Counted from the first letter of the whole stretch, positions 1 to 11,418 are shown. The stretch: DNA of 63,959 nucleotides, filler included, from Craspedostauros australis (GCA_030167865.1; 8 parts of 8 records of this genome joined end to end with filler, not necessarily neighbours in it); one strand, 5' to 3'. Notes: a model not told the origin generated them from the letters alone. Numbers and translations are program-made.

Positions 1-564
1 AACTTCCTCGAGGTACAGGAGACCCGCCTCACCATGTTCTTCTCCCACCTCATGGTCGGGCTGTCTCTCCTGGTCCTCAACGTCCTCAAGCTCCTCCCGC
101 TGCCAGTCCTGTACGGAGTGTTCCTCTTCATGGGTCTCTCCAGCTTGCCCAACATCCAGTTCTGGAATCGCTTCCTCCTCTTCTTCCAGCAACCATCCAA
201 GTACGCCAAGAACTGCTACACCGAGCACATGGAGAAGAGGCGCATCCACATGTACACCATCCTTCAGATCGGCTTCTTCGCTTTGGTGTTCCTGGTGCAG
301 AACTTGAAGGCGATCGCCATCATCTTCCCATTGATGACCTTGCTTTGCATCCCGGCGCGCCTTTACCTGCTCCCATACTTCTTCGAGGGATGGGAGCTCC
401 TGTTGTTGGACGGCGAGGACGAGAGCATCGAGCAATGGGCGGAAGCGAAGGAGCAGTCCGTCCGCAGGTACGAGGAATCGAAGCACCTCAGCTCCATGGA
501 AGAGAGCAGCAGTGACCACGATGGCGGCGATAGCGTGGATAATTCCCAAGACTACCATGCCTAG
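1..564 (+). CDS. SLC4/BOR-family bicarbonate (anion) transporter, C-terminal part (5'-truncated by window edge)
   Basis: Frame is open from base 1 (NFLEVQETRLT...). Motifs VQETRLT, PLPVLYGVFLFMG and 'RIHMYTILQI...FPLMTLLCIPAR' match the last TM helices of SLC4 proteins. TAG at 562-564. Confidence 0.9.
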   Translation, partial: NFLEVQETRLTMFFSHLMVGLSLLVLNVLKLLPLPVLYGVFLFMGLSSLPNIQFWNRFLLFFQQPSKYAKNCYTEHMEKRRIHMYTILQIGFFALVFLVQNLKAIAIIFPLMTLLCIPARLYLLPYFFEGWELLLLDGEDESIEQWAEAKEQSVRRYEESKHLSSMEESSSDHDGGDSVDNSQDYHA

Positions 565-1022
565 TGTGAGTGATGGTCTTCACTGTTGGCTACAGCCATG
601 AACCCAATCTCTCCACAGCCCTTCTCTGGATCAACCAATCTTCGTGCATTGGGATAAGCATGCCCAGATGGCCAGCCCAAGCAACAGCCTTTCAGGCTAT
701 TAGCTTGATGTGACAGGTCCAGCCGAGGCATATCTCGAACATATTAAGTATTTACAAGTGTACCAATCGTGCATCGTCAGCAACTACCCCCAGGTGTCTT
801 CGTTGAGTTCCCATGGCGAATACTTGCATCGAAGAAGCGCTAATTTGGTCGACATTGAGGTTGACGATGCGGCCGCTTCGTGTCTGCTCTGCTGCAGTGT
901 CGTTCTCCGAGTCCCTCCCGGAGGTAGACACGAAGGCATAGATGGAACAGTATGAACAGCACTCGCATTTGATGCTGGATGCTGATGCTTGCCCACTCGT
1001 ACGTCGCCCCACCATATCCGAT

Positions 1023-3698
1023 TCATAGCAAATGGGATACTGTTGGTCGAGATCGGTCCAGGCCACTGCTTGGTGCACCAGTCGCGGACAGGCGCTCGGC
1101 CCTATGCGATCGCATTGCGATGGCGTGTGGCTCTTGATTTCCTCCACCTAGGCGATTTCCTTGGCCGGCGAATGCACGGGCATTGGATAGCGAAGGATTC
1201 AGCCGGGCGCTTGACGTCCCAGCTTGCATGCATCGCGCCACATGGCACGATGGATCCAAAACGGGGACTTTCATCACGGACCTGAATAGGTCAGCGGCGT
1301 TCGCCTGTGAAGATGCAGATTGGGTCTGTCTCGTAGCCAGCCAATGGGAGACGGCGCAGAGCGCAACCAGCTTACAACTCAGGGACAGTGAATGCAGGGC
1401 CCAGAATAGGGCAGGCCTGGACCATATGCCGGTGAGCTGGTAGATTGTGCCGTAATACAGACAATCTGCCATTATGACGACGACTGCAACAACGCAATAG
1501 CCTCTGGCGATGGTGGCCGATTGGATCTCCTGCAGTGTTGAAGTGTTGAAGAAGGGATTGCAGCACCCATTGTGCTGGTTTGTTCCCATCTGGCGGTGCT
1601 TGAGGAGAATGAGGGCGAGCATGAAGGTTGAAAGCGAATTGGAAACGACGAGGCCGCTCGAAGCAAAGCCGTCAAAGAGCACCACTATCACGGCGAGGGC
1701 TACGAGGTGGAGACGCTGCGCCCATTGCAGCAGCTGCCAATCTCCATCGTTGTGTCTCGCTTGATCTGACCATGGATTTGATGTCGAAGATTCGTTCCAG
1801 CCAGCGCATTCCGCGTCTGTGCTGAAAGTCTGTGCCGCGTTTTGAAGGCGGAGAATCACTTTGCCGAAGAGCCAAATGAGAGGGAAGGTGACGGCGGGGT
1901 TCGCCCATTCCAACGGCAGTAGTCCCCAATGGATTGCAAACCCCAGAACAATTCCAGCTAGATGGCCGAAGAAGGATACCCGTGGCAGGATGACCTGCAG
2001 GACCACAAGCTGCACAATGGGACCGAGGTTAAATCGCATCCCGAATATCTCCATGGTCTCAAAGCACAGCTGTGGCAGAAAGAAGATCGGGCACGATGCA
2101 TGCGGACTGGATAGAGTCGCGACCACCATCCATGCGAAAAGAACACCTGAGAACCCAACAGTGTTCGGCATGTCCTGCTGCGATGGGAACACTTGGCAGA
2201 TGGCGCGGCGCATCGCCGTTCCATCTCTGCACAAGGCAGAAACCGTGGATATGAGCTGCGATGTTGCATGGTGCCATCCTGCCTGGTGCTGTTGCAGAAG
2301 CATCCGTGCGGCGCCCGAGAGCAATAGCATGATGACGGTCGTGAGAGGAATGAGAGCCGTGGTGTACATGAAGAATGGCAACGATCCCAAGTGCGGTTCC
2401 AGCTGCAGCCCCAGCGACCACCAGCTCATCATGTTGAATCCGATATGCCACAGATCAAAGTGGGCAAGACAACCTGAGAAGGCTCGACCGTACTCGCGGT
2501 ATATCGATCCATTGATTGCAACCAAGGCTGGCGAAACCCGTGAGTTCCAATACATCAAGTAAAGTCCGACGTTGAGCAACCAGAAGAAGGTGGTTGTCGG
2601 GTGGTGCCATGCCTGCGCCGCAATTCCTCCTCGAACATGCGACGTTTTGTATCCGTGCATGCCGGGCACTGCGTAGAAGTCTTCGTGGGATGAATGCTGC
2701 CATGGTCCGGCAAACCATGATTCAGCTGGTGACGATATCGAGACAAACACTTTCGATGGCGGCATCCGCATTGGTTGCATCAGTGTTGTTGCCGCTGCCG
2801 CTGCCGTTGCCATATGCAACGGCGCCTCATCGTTGTTTGCGTTTATGCTCGTGTTCTTCATCGTGTCCTCGGGAGGGACGAGGAGGTACCACCCAGATCG
2901 TGGCGGCGGAATCGGGTTCGATGTCGTGGCGATGGTGGCCGATGAAGCGTAGTGAAGCGACATCGAGTGGGAGACGGCCGTTGCGCTTCCATTCGTTGAT
3001 GTTGCGGGCACCATAATCTGTAATGTCCATGTCAATGCTGCCTCCTCGCCTGAACCGGAACGTTGAGCGCCTGTAGATTGCGGCAAAAGTACCAGCTGAA
3101 AGCCCGGTGGGCTCTGCGGCGCCCTCCACGTAGCATCATTTGTGAGTTTTCTGGTATTGAAGGACCCCAGCCAGCTGATCATGCGCGTGAGCGAGGTGAC
3201 GGAGCATGGAGACAGCGGCGATATGACGCAGGACATGGTCTGCTCGGCCTTCGTTTGGTCATTGCTCGAGCAGCTCGACGCGCTTTCATCGTGGTTCCAG
3301 ACTTGACGCAGGGTCGGCCGTTGCTGCTGCTGCTTTTTATGCTGTTTTCGTTGACGATAAGGCGAATCGTTCTGCACAGCGAGAAAAAGGCCGGAGGCAA
3401 GAGCAGCCACAGAGGCCTGGTCATGCTTGCGGTTCAGAGATCGCAGCATCCCGAATCCTTCTGTGTCGGCATGAATTGGGGCTGGGGATCCATCGTCGCG
3501 GGCCTTTCCAAGTGCGCCGATACTTGCCGTCTGGCGCTCGCCAAGATCGGAACTCGATCTCACGTCCACGATCCAGAATCCATGCTCCAGCTTCCAGCTT
3601 TCGAACACACAACGCCCGATCAACACCGGAGCAACGATTAGCAAGATCAGCGCGCTGCTCACGGATAGGAAAGGCGTCCATTTCCCGCCTCTCCCCAT
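1023..3698 (-). CDS. Rhomboid-family intramembrane serine protease (RHBDL4/RBL-like) with long N-terminal extension and C-terminal SHP box
   Basis: 891-aa single ORF. It has HFDLWHIGFNM (HxxxN), catalytic GFSG (~2145-2156), SFFGHLAG (catalytic His), multiple TM segments and FAGQGNRLGG at 1143-1172. The N-terminal third is low-complexity, so the start and possible introns are less certain. Confidence 0.85.
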   Translation of the reverse strand: MGRGGKWTPFLSVSSALILLIVAPVLIGRCVFESWKLEHGFWIVDVRSSSDLGERQTASIGALGKARDDGSPAPIHADTEGFGMLRSLNRKHDQASVAALASGLFLAVQNDSPYRQRKQHKKQQQQRPTLRQVWNHDESASSCSSNDQTKAEQTMSCVISPLSPCSVTSLTRMISWLGSFNTRKLTNDATWRAPQSPPGFQLVLLPQSTGAQRSGSGEEAALTWTLQIMVPATSTNGSATAVSHSMSLHYASSATIATTSNPIPPPRSGWYLLVPPEDTMKNTSINANNDEAPLHMATAAAAATTLMQPMRMPPSKVFVSISSPAESWFAGPWQHSSHEDFYAVPGMHGYKTSHVRGGIAAQAWHHPTTTFFWLLNVGLYLMYWNSRVSPALVAINGSIYREYGRAFSGCLAHFDLWHIGFNMMSWWSLGLQLEPHLGSLPFFMYTTALIPLTTVIMLLLSGAARMLLQQHQAGWHHATSQLISTVSALCRDGTAMRRAICQVFPSQQDMPNTVGFSGVLFAWMVVATLSSPHASCPIFFLPQLCFETMEIFGMRFNLGPIVQLVVLQVILPRVSFFGHLAGIVLGFAIHWGLLPLEWANPAVTFPLIWLFGKVILRLQNAAQTFSTDAECAGWNESSTSNPWSDQARHNDGDWQLLQWAQRLHLVALAVIVVLFDGFASSGLVVSNSLSTFMLALILLKHRQMGTNQHNGCCNPFFNTSTLQEIQSATIARGYCVVAVVVIMADCLYYGTIYQLTGIWSRPALFWALHSLSLSCKLVALCAVSHWLATRQTQSASSQANAADLFRSVMKVPVLDPSCHVARCMQAGTSSARLNPSLSNARAFAGQGNRLGGGNQEPHAIAMRSHRAERLSATGAPSSGLDRSRPTVSHLL

Positions 3699-4383
3699 TG
3701 CAGTGTATGGTGCTGTTGAAGCCGTTGCTTTTGTTGGGACGGCCGCGTATTATGGTACGAGTCCAAGAACGTGGCTGCGTCATCTCGTGTGCGAGTCCGG
3801 GCGCCGTGAACGGTCTGTGGCCGCATGTGCACGACCACGGCGATCCCGTCGCATGTGTGGTGCCGCAGCTCGTGGACGTTGATCACGATTGTGCCTCCGT
3901 CTCGTGTTCGCGGTTTGTTGTGTTGCGCTTCCCCAATCCTTTTGCCCGAACTCCCACGCGAAAAATGCGCTCGGTTGATGCGACCCGCGTAATCGTAGAC
4001 TGCGGAACGAACAAAGAGGTTTCCAGACAGGACACAAGCCCTTCTGGGATCCACCGCAGCGTATCAGCAAGGTATTCTACATCCGATCGCGTGTGTGAGG
4101 ACTCTGATCAAACAAGCGTCGTAGAGAACATAAAAGAGACGGTTTTGCTGGTTGGTTGGATGGTCAGTTGTTATGATTGATTGTTCCAAAGAATGCTTGG
4201 GGGAGAGAGAGAGCATTACGGGCTATGTGAAGACACCGGGAAGCATGGTACTCCGTGGCACATTGCTCTGATCGGTGTCCTGTCATACTTGCAGATCCGC
4301 TTCTCTGCCTTGCTACTCTGTGCTGCAATCGTGATCATGCATTCTGCTGGTGCGGACGCTCCACGCAGTGCCGATTCTGACGT

Positions 4384-7300
4384 TTAGAAGTAGGCATCGA
4401 CGGAGGCGACGCCAGTGGTGCGACGGATCTTGAGAGCAAGTTCGGTTGGGATGGTTGGTCCGTCCACGGTACTGACGGAACCATCTGTCATGGTGACCTT
4501 GTAGTGCTTCGGAGACTCTCCGTAAATGTTCTTGGCACCCGGGTTGTGGTAGATGACCAAGATCTTTGCGAAGAGCTTGAAGGACACGACGTGGCTGCCA
4601 TCCTCATCCAAGGTCGGGTCGTTGTCGCTGGTCTCGTCCTCGAACAGCCACGATGGGAGGGCTGGGACGAGCTGCATCTCCACGTTGCCCTCGTCGTTCA
4701 CGAAGAAGGGGGTTGGGCCGATGAACATGTGCTTCCACATGCTCATGAATTCGGCGGTGGACCCAGACAGGCGGGCGAGGAAGCCACGGCCATGGAGTTC
4801 AGGATCTGGGAATGCAGAGGACGCGATGAAGGAAGAACACTCCATCAGTGGACGACCGTACACTTCTGGTTCCATGAAAGGCAGAATGCCGCCTCCCTTC
4901 ATCTCAGAGAAGAATTGTTCGTACAGCTTACCACGGATGAGCTGCAGGTAGTACTTGTAAGACATGTGCATCCAGATGGACTGGTTCTCCAACCAACCTG
5001 GCGCGAACGCGATCTGGCGTCCCATGTCGTATGTCTGGCCGGTGAGGCTGGCAGAAAGGAAGTACATCTTGAGCTCGGTGTCGCGAAGTCCTGAGTTCAG
5101 CACGCGCTCGTAGGTGTCCATCATCTTGGACTGGTCATCCTGGATTGTCTTCATGTAACGAACAGGCCCTTCAAGGAAGAGCGGGAAGATGCCGACAGTC
5201 ATTGCCTTGGGGTCGACGAGCGGAAGACCGATGTCGGTATGATCGCCATTCTCTTCGTAGTCAGTAACATCGTAGGAGAAGTATGCAGGTGGGATGCCGG
5301 ATGTGCCGTCGTCCCCGAAACCTTCGGTTCCGAACTTCATGGCGCGCTTCATTCCAGCTTCGACTTCGTCGATCCAGCGATCGAGGATGTTGGAGACCTT
5401 CTTGGCGGTGTAAGTCTGCGTTGTGCCGGAGAAGTACATGTTGGTGTCGGCTCTGTACTGTTCGCGAGCAGTGGCGACGGTGTCCCAGTATGTGAAGAGT
5501 TGGGCTGGCACTTCGCGAGGGAGGCTCTTGGGCTCCTGGTAGCCGAAGGCCTTCAATTCGTCCAAGGCGGATTCCACCTTGAGGATCATATCGTGGAGTT
5601 CGCTTGGGATGACGACGTCGCGATCGTACTTGTCGACCACCTTCTTCACGTACTTCATGAGCAGGTAGAGCTCGTGGGTTTCTGGCATTCCGGAGCCGAC
5701 CATTCCTGGGAGACCGTTCATGCTGTCCAACCAGCCAGGGCGTCCACCTTCGTACTCAATTCCCATTCCCCAGGCATCACGCATGGCGAACTTGACGGAA
5801 GAGAGAAGGAAGAGCTTGGCGATTGGGGAGCTCATGAACGGGTCGTTGTTGTTGTCACGCTGCCAGCTGGCCTCGATTCCAAGCAAGCCATTTCTCTTGT
5901 TGCGGAATGCTCCCTGCTCTTCGAGCTTGCCCATGTCGAAGAATGTGGAATCCAGCTGGATGACGTGCTTGGACTGACCGTCGAAGGTCAGGTCGAGGAC
6001 GTACTTTTGGGAGCGCGGGCGGACAGTGGCCGTGGAGAAGAAGTATCGCAACTTCTGATCGTACATCAGAGCCTCTTCGCCATCTGGGAAGATGGCCAGG
6101 TAGGCCTCGATCAGGTCCACGTAGTAATCCCAGTGATCGGCCCAGTATCCAGTGCCATACACGCCCATGGCACGGTCCTCGGCGGCTGCCAGGATGGGCT
6201 GGACGAAAGCATCATTGTCCTCGACGCGGTTCACACCGATCTGGTCGCACAGCTGGAAGAGCTGTCCTGGACGGAAGGGTCCACCAGTGATGATATCACC
6301 CAGAATCTGTGCGCTTTTGGCGTCTGTTGTCACCTCTGCAGCGATCTCCCTTGCCTTGCCTTCGTCGGGCATCATGTAGACGACGGCCTCGACAGTCAGT
6401 GGCTCGTATCCATCGGCTTGGATGAATGAGAGGAACATCTGCACGTCAAACGAACCCATGCGCGGCAAGAAGGCCACATCATCTCGACGGTTTTGTGCTA
6501 CATCACGGTAGTTTCCAGGTCCCTGTGTGTGCAATGTTTGTGTAATATTGGTGCGTGTATGGTACAAGGTGCGTGGCGATGGCGATGGCAATGGTGGTGG
6601 TTGGGGGGTATTGCGTGTTCAAATAGTGAGTCAAGATGAGCATATGATGGTGAGAAGAGCAGAGCCATGCGGCTAAGCATGCATACTGGTATTGTATCCC
6701 TGAAGAGTCATCATTGTACCGAATCATTTCCCCACACGGGTGCAACACGGGCACATGTTGGTGTGCAAATACCATATGCGTGGTGACATACTCACCTGGG
6801 AGAAGTATGATGGCATGATGTGGAAAGCGTTGTAGTCACGTTCGAGGTCACCGTGGATGCGGGAGAAGGAATGGAAGATCTTGGTGGTGGTGTCTTCATC
6901 GTAAGTGGTGTCACCGTCGATGTTGCCGACGACAGTTGGGAGTCCCCCGCGCAACGAGTTGTCGAGGAACATCTGCTTGACCGCACCGTTGAACAACGGG
7001 TTGACGGTGTTGGTCTCCACACCGGCGGTCAGTTCGTCGGCAAGGGAACGAGCGCGAGCGAACTTGTCGGTAACGAAATTTGGCTTGGTCACGATGCTCT
7101 TGATGGTCTTCAGCTCGTCCATGTCAGCCGCCTTGCCGTAGATTGAGGCGATGGTGATGCTGTCTCCGGGGGCGACGGTGATGCTGCGAACGGCGGCGAA
7201 TGCAGACGACGTCTTGGCGTCACCGTATTGTGGTTCGTCCAGGATCTTGCCGACGCTGCTGGCAGAGAGTCCCTTTGGCATTTCCAAGGAGGTGTCATGG

Positions 7301-8981
7301 CCGAACACCTTATTGGTATCGTACACGATTGGCAAGAGGGTTGAGGCCTTGTCCGGGGTTTCGAGGAAGGAGAGGCAGTAGTGACCGTGTTCTTCGATCT
7401 TCACCTTCGCCGCGTCGGATGGTTCGGTGGACATCTTGTAGAATGGCATGGTCAGCGACTTGGGGTCGACCTGGTAAACTCCGAACCAACCTTCCAAAGT
7501 GCGGCCCATGCTCTTGAGCATGCCCTCCAACGGTCCGCCGGCTGGTTCGATCTTGGCGAGACCATCAAGGACGGACAGTTCCAGCGGCGTGCTTCCGATG
7601 TTTTGGATCTTTGTGCGACGGACGAGGGATCCGAAGTCCTCCTCGGGCAGGATGATGTACTGGACGGATGTCGAGACTCCGTTGACGCCATCGATTTCCT
7701 GGATCTCCATCTCGTTGGTGCCAACGTAGAGGACGCGCTTTGGCTTGGAGGGGTCATCCTCGGGATCGTCCAAGTTGCGGGAACGACGAGGTGAGAACGG
7801 TTCAACGTCGAAGCTGGTGCTTTCTGCGGCGGAGAGCGCGGAGTCGTTGTCCTCAGCGACACGCGTTCCACGGATGAAGGAGCGGAAGCCGATGAATGGT
7901 GTAAGTTGGTAGGCCTTGTTGGCTGGGTTGAATTCCAGCAAGGGGAAGTCCTTGGATTCTGTTCCGAAGGTGGAGATTCCTTGTCCGCGGTTGACGTAGA
8001 ACGCCCACACCGGCTTGCCGAAGAATCCGGCGACACCCGGCAGGAAGGATGAGAAGGTGGATCGAGCATCGTAATCCTCCATGACGAAGCGATCTGCGTA
8101 TCATCAATCATCGGGCATCCATGCACGTGTATATGCGTATGCGTATGCGCAATGCATGCGAGCAGCATGAGAGAACAGGGTTGCGAGAAGATCGCGTATG
8201 GCCATGTTGCAAAGAGCAAGCAAGTTGACGGTATGTGTGTATGTGTGTGAGTGAGAGACTTCGATGCATGGCGACCAACAAGTGGAGCAAACAACATCAT
8301 AAAAATGGAGGCGGGACGAGCGAAGTGGGAAAGTTCAACGAAAAGATCGAGACCCAGTTCGAAGGAATTCGTCGGAGCCAAAATTCTGAAAGCGCAGAGA
8401 AGGATCTTTGCTGTCCGCCATTGACCGAGCAGTCCGCATCAATCTTCTCCCGCTTCCGCTCTCTCGCCACAACTCCGGAAGTTGTGCACTCGATCCGCAA
8501 TTAGTCTGCCTACGCGCTGAACATTTGATCCTCGTTTGGTCTGCGATCGCTGCTGCATATTGCTGTTCTTTGTTTGGCACTTACTGGTACTGTCGAACAG
8601 CTTGAGCTTTCCGGTCTTCGACATTGGGAGATCGGAATCGGCGATGGCAGCCGCCTGAGCTGCGCTGTCGGCGGTTGGGGTAGTAGACTTCGGGGCGCTG
8701 GAGTTGGTGCCGCTGTTGCCCTCGTCGCAGTTTCTGAACTGGTAGAACCCAACGACGCCGGCGACGATGGCAAGGAGGACAATGGCGGCGACAATCTTCT
8801 TGTTGCGCCTTCCGCTGCCGTAGCGCACGGATCCATCGATGGAGGCGTACTCTCCACCGCCGTTGCCATCCTGGTAGGTGCCTTCTTCGGACTTGCCGTT
8901 GGTCTTGTCGTCACCAGCAGTGGCGCCGTAGCTGCCACTGGTGGTCACGGGTTGGTTGTCCAATGCATCGGCGGAAATCAT
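4384..8981 (-). CDS. GH161-like beta-1,3-glucan (laminarin) phosphorylase, ~1277 aa, with N-terminal TM anchor; exons 8981-8585, 8093-6796, 6522-4384
   Basis: GT-AG introns (8584-8094 and 6795-6523) join three ORFs in frame: ...FDST-N-RFVMEDYDARSTFSSFLPG... and ...YFSQ|GPGNYRDVAQNRR. Motifs WAFYVNRGQ, RIHGDLERDYN, YWADHWDY, GWLDSMNGLPG, GWLENQSIWMHMSYKY and GRGFLARLSGSTAEF are those I recognise from the GH161/GH94-like phosphorylase group. Confidence 0.85.
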
Positions 8982-9967
8982 CGTGGCCGATTCTTTGTCG
9001 TTGCCTCTTGTTGTGTCTTTTCCGTGACGAATGCGGATGTTGAGAATCAACGTTTATGATACCTTGTGTTGTTCCTGTAGGTCTGCGTAGCTCGTGCACC
9101 ATGAACACGACCACAAGAATCTGCATCGCCGGGCTTCGTGAAAGGCACAGGGGATCTGGTGGCCACGGAGAGAAAGGAATTTGCGTGGCTTCGGTTCTGT
9201 TTGCGCGCGACGCCTCCTACCATGCGCTCTCCCCTCTGACCGTACCACAAGTACGGTGCGTGCCGTAGCTCGTACACGCATACCATTTCGTACTGATACA
9301 CGCCGAGATGACATTCCTTCTCCCACTGTTTCCACTTTGATTCCATCACCGCCGACGTCGTCGACGACGATCAAGGAAGGAGAAAGATCCGTTGCATTCC
9401 CGCTCCCTCCCCTTGGAAGGTTGTTGACGAACTGTTGGTTTGTTTGTTGGTTGGTGTCTGAGCGTTTGGATCTGGATAGAGTTCGCATTTGGCAGGTTGT
9501 GCTCCTCCGTCTGCTGCATCTGTTGGTTCCGCAGCTGGGTGAAAGATTCGCTCACTCATGCTGCATTTTAATTGGGTGGAGAAGTGAAGAGAACGCATTC
9601 CGTGGAAGCATATGTGTGGGTTGGCGAAACCATTCGCTTGTTCCAGTTGGCGAACGGCATGTTACGGACAATAGTTGTCCGTGAACAAAAATGCAAAGAT
9701 CAGAGAAAGAAGAAAGACACCATCAACGAATACGTCGACCCGAAGGACTGCTTTTCTTGGCGGAAACAAATGATGACGTGGGCAAACCGCCGCAAACGCG
9801 AATCGCAGTCGTATGCCGCAACACGGCGCATTGCGTGGATGGAGGCACATCTCTTGTTTGGGTTGTCAACACCAAATCCCAAGAGAAGGAGAGGCACGAA
9901 GAGAGCAGTTCATCGAGGCTGACACAAACCAAGGAACAACACTCCCCACCAAACAAAAGATCCGGCC

Positions 9968-11072
9968 ATGATGTTTGGCTCTTCCGCTGCCTTCGTGAGC
10001 AAGCTCGCGAGGGCCTCAACCTCTGCCTCTGCCTCCTCCGCTCTGAAATCCGGATCCAACCTGGCGCTCCGCTCGTTCGCCTCCGTGGGAGACGCCGTGC
10101 CCTCCGTCGAGCTGCACCAAGGATTCCCTCCGAAGAAGCACAACCTCGCCGACTTCGCGAAGAACAAGTCGGTGGTGCTGCTTGGATTGCCAGGGGCCTT
10201 CACACCCACCTGATCCACAAAGCAAATCCCCAACTACCTGGAGAATCAAGACGCTCTCCGCAAGGCTGGGGTTGACGCTGTCATTGTGTACAGCGTCAAC
10301 GACGCTGCCGTCATGCAAGCATGGGCCAAGGACCAGAAGACTGGCCTGGTGAGTTCCCAATCACCCCCTTGAATGGCAAGGTGGAGATACTTTTGCAAGT
10401 GAGATGAATGTAGATTGCGACGGATGGCGTTCTCGCGGGGCTGTAGGGCCGCGTGTGCATGTGTATGCATGTGCAAGTGCATGTGCATGTGCAAATGTAT
10501 ACGCAGGCGAGCCTGTGACAGCGCATCTAGGTCACCAACTTCGTGTGCCATGCAACGCTCCTTCTTGTCTCATACTTGAACCATCTTCGTTACTTTGTGC
10601 ATATGTACTCTACTCTGCCGTATTTCCACGCGTCTTCAAACTATTATATAATACATATGATGTGGCATGCTCCACAACACATGGCGTCATATTGACATCC
10701 ATGCGGTCGCACTAACTCTTCCGCTCTTCTCCACTCAATCATTGTGTAATTTGCTGACCAATGGTATGTATCGGTATGCATGGGTGGGCACCATGCGTCC
10801 ATTATTATTGGCATGGGGCATCACAGAGCATGGTGCAACTGATGGGTGATCCAGCAGGTGACCTGACCAAGGCCCTGGACATGGAAATGACCCATCCAGG
10901 TCCCATGGAGAAGGGACTCTACGGCCGATGCAAGCGCAGCGCCGTCTACGCCGTGAATGGAACCATCAAGGCCGTCCACATCTCCGAAGGGCCGGATGAT
11001 CCTGCTGGCGACGGCGATCCGTCGCACACACTTGCCGAAGCCATGCTCAAGGCAATTGAAGAATCCAAGTAG
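9968..11072 (+). CDS. Type-II (PRDX5/AHP1-like) peroxiredoxin, predicted selenoprotein (UGA=Sec at codon 82, 10211-10213), 208 aa; exons 9968-10348, 10827-11072
   Basis: GLPGAFTPT-TGA-STKQIPNY..., with the Prx frame continuing after TGA (VYSVNDAAVMQAWAKDQ). A gtgagt...cag intron leads to LMGDPAGDLTKALDM...GRCKRSAVYAVNG. The Ser/Ala/Arg-rich N-terminus ending LRSF/AS resembles a mitochondrial presequence. Confidence 0.92.
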
Positions 11073-11306
11073 GCCTCAGTAGGCGCAGCAGAAGATGACG
11101 CATCGAATGGTGCGTCGTGATGTGGATTTTCTACCACGACGTGCACATGAACCATCGTTTGCTGAAGACTTTTGGGTCGTTGTCTGTCCGAATGATCAGC
11201 CCTGAGCATATTCGTACACAATAACCGACAGACTGACTGTCCAACTAACATTGGGGAAAAGCTGCTTGTGGGAAAATCATGCCAAAGATTGCTGTTGGTG
11301 GTGGTG

Positions 11307-11418
11307 GTCGAATCATTGCTGTCGGGATGACGGTCCATTCCGTTTGTACGCGCGTTACGTACGTAACGCCGGCGTGCAAAGGTGGACCTGACGAAACCAT
11401 TGCATTCGCAGGTTCGGC
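11307..11418 (+). promoter_or_regulatory. Candidate SECIS element in peroxiredoxin 3' UTR
   Basis: ATGAC (11327-11331) and TGAC (11389-11392) form the non-Watson-Crick quartet around stem GGTCCATT/GGTGGACC. The stem extends with TTTGTACGC/GCGTGCAAA and an 18-nt palindrome (11352-11369). Outer helix GTCGAATC (11307-11314)/GGTTCGGC (11411-11418). Confidence 0.7.

Noticed and set aside
5239..6429. Long antisense/alternate-frame ORFs (also 23724-24251, 24252-25121, 31658-32518, 31899-32651, 57720-58415)
   Set aside because: Shadows of codon-biased or repetitive real genes, with no independent motifs.
10211..10213. Peroxiredoxin as a nonsense pseudogene
   Set aside because: The only lesion is a TGA at the catalytic Cys. 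Downstream coding, splice sites and a SECIS-like hairpin are intact.
11095..11120. Hairpin atgacgcatcgaatggtgcgtcgtga as the SECIS
   Set aside because: Stem too short, and the ATGA is Watson-Crick paired rather than forming a GA quartet.
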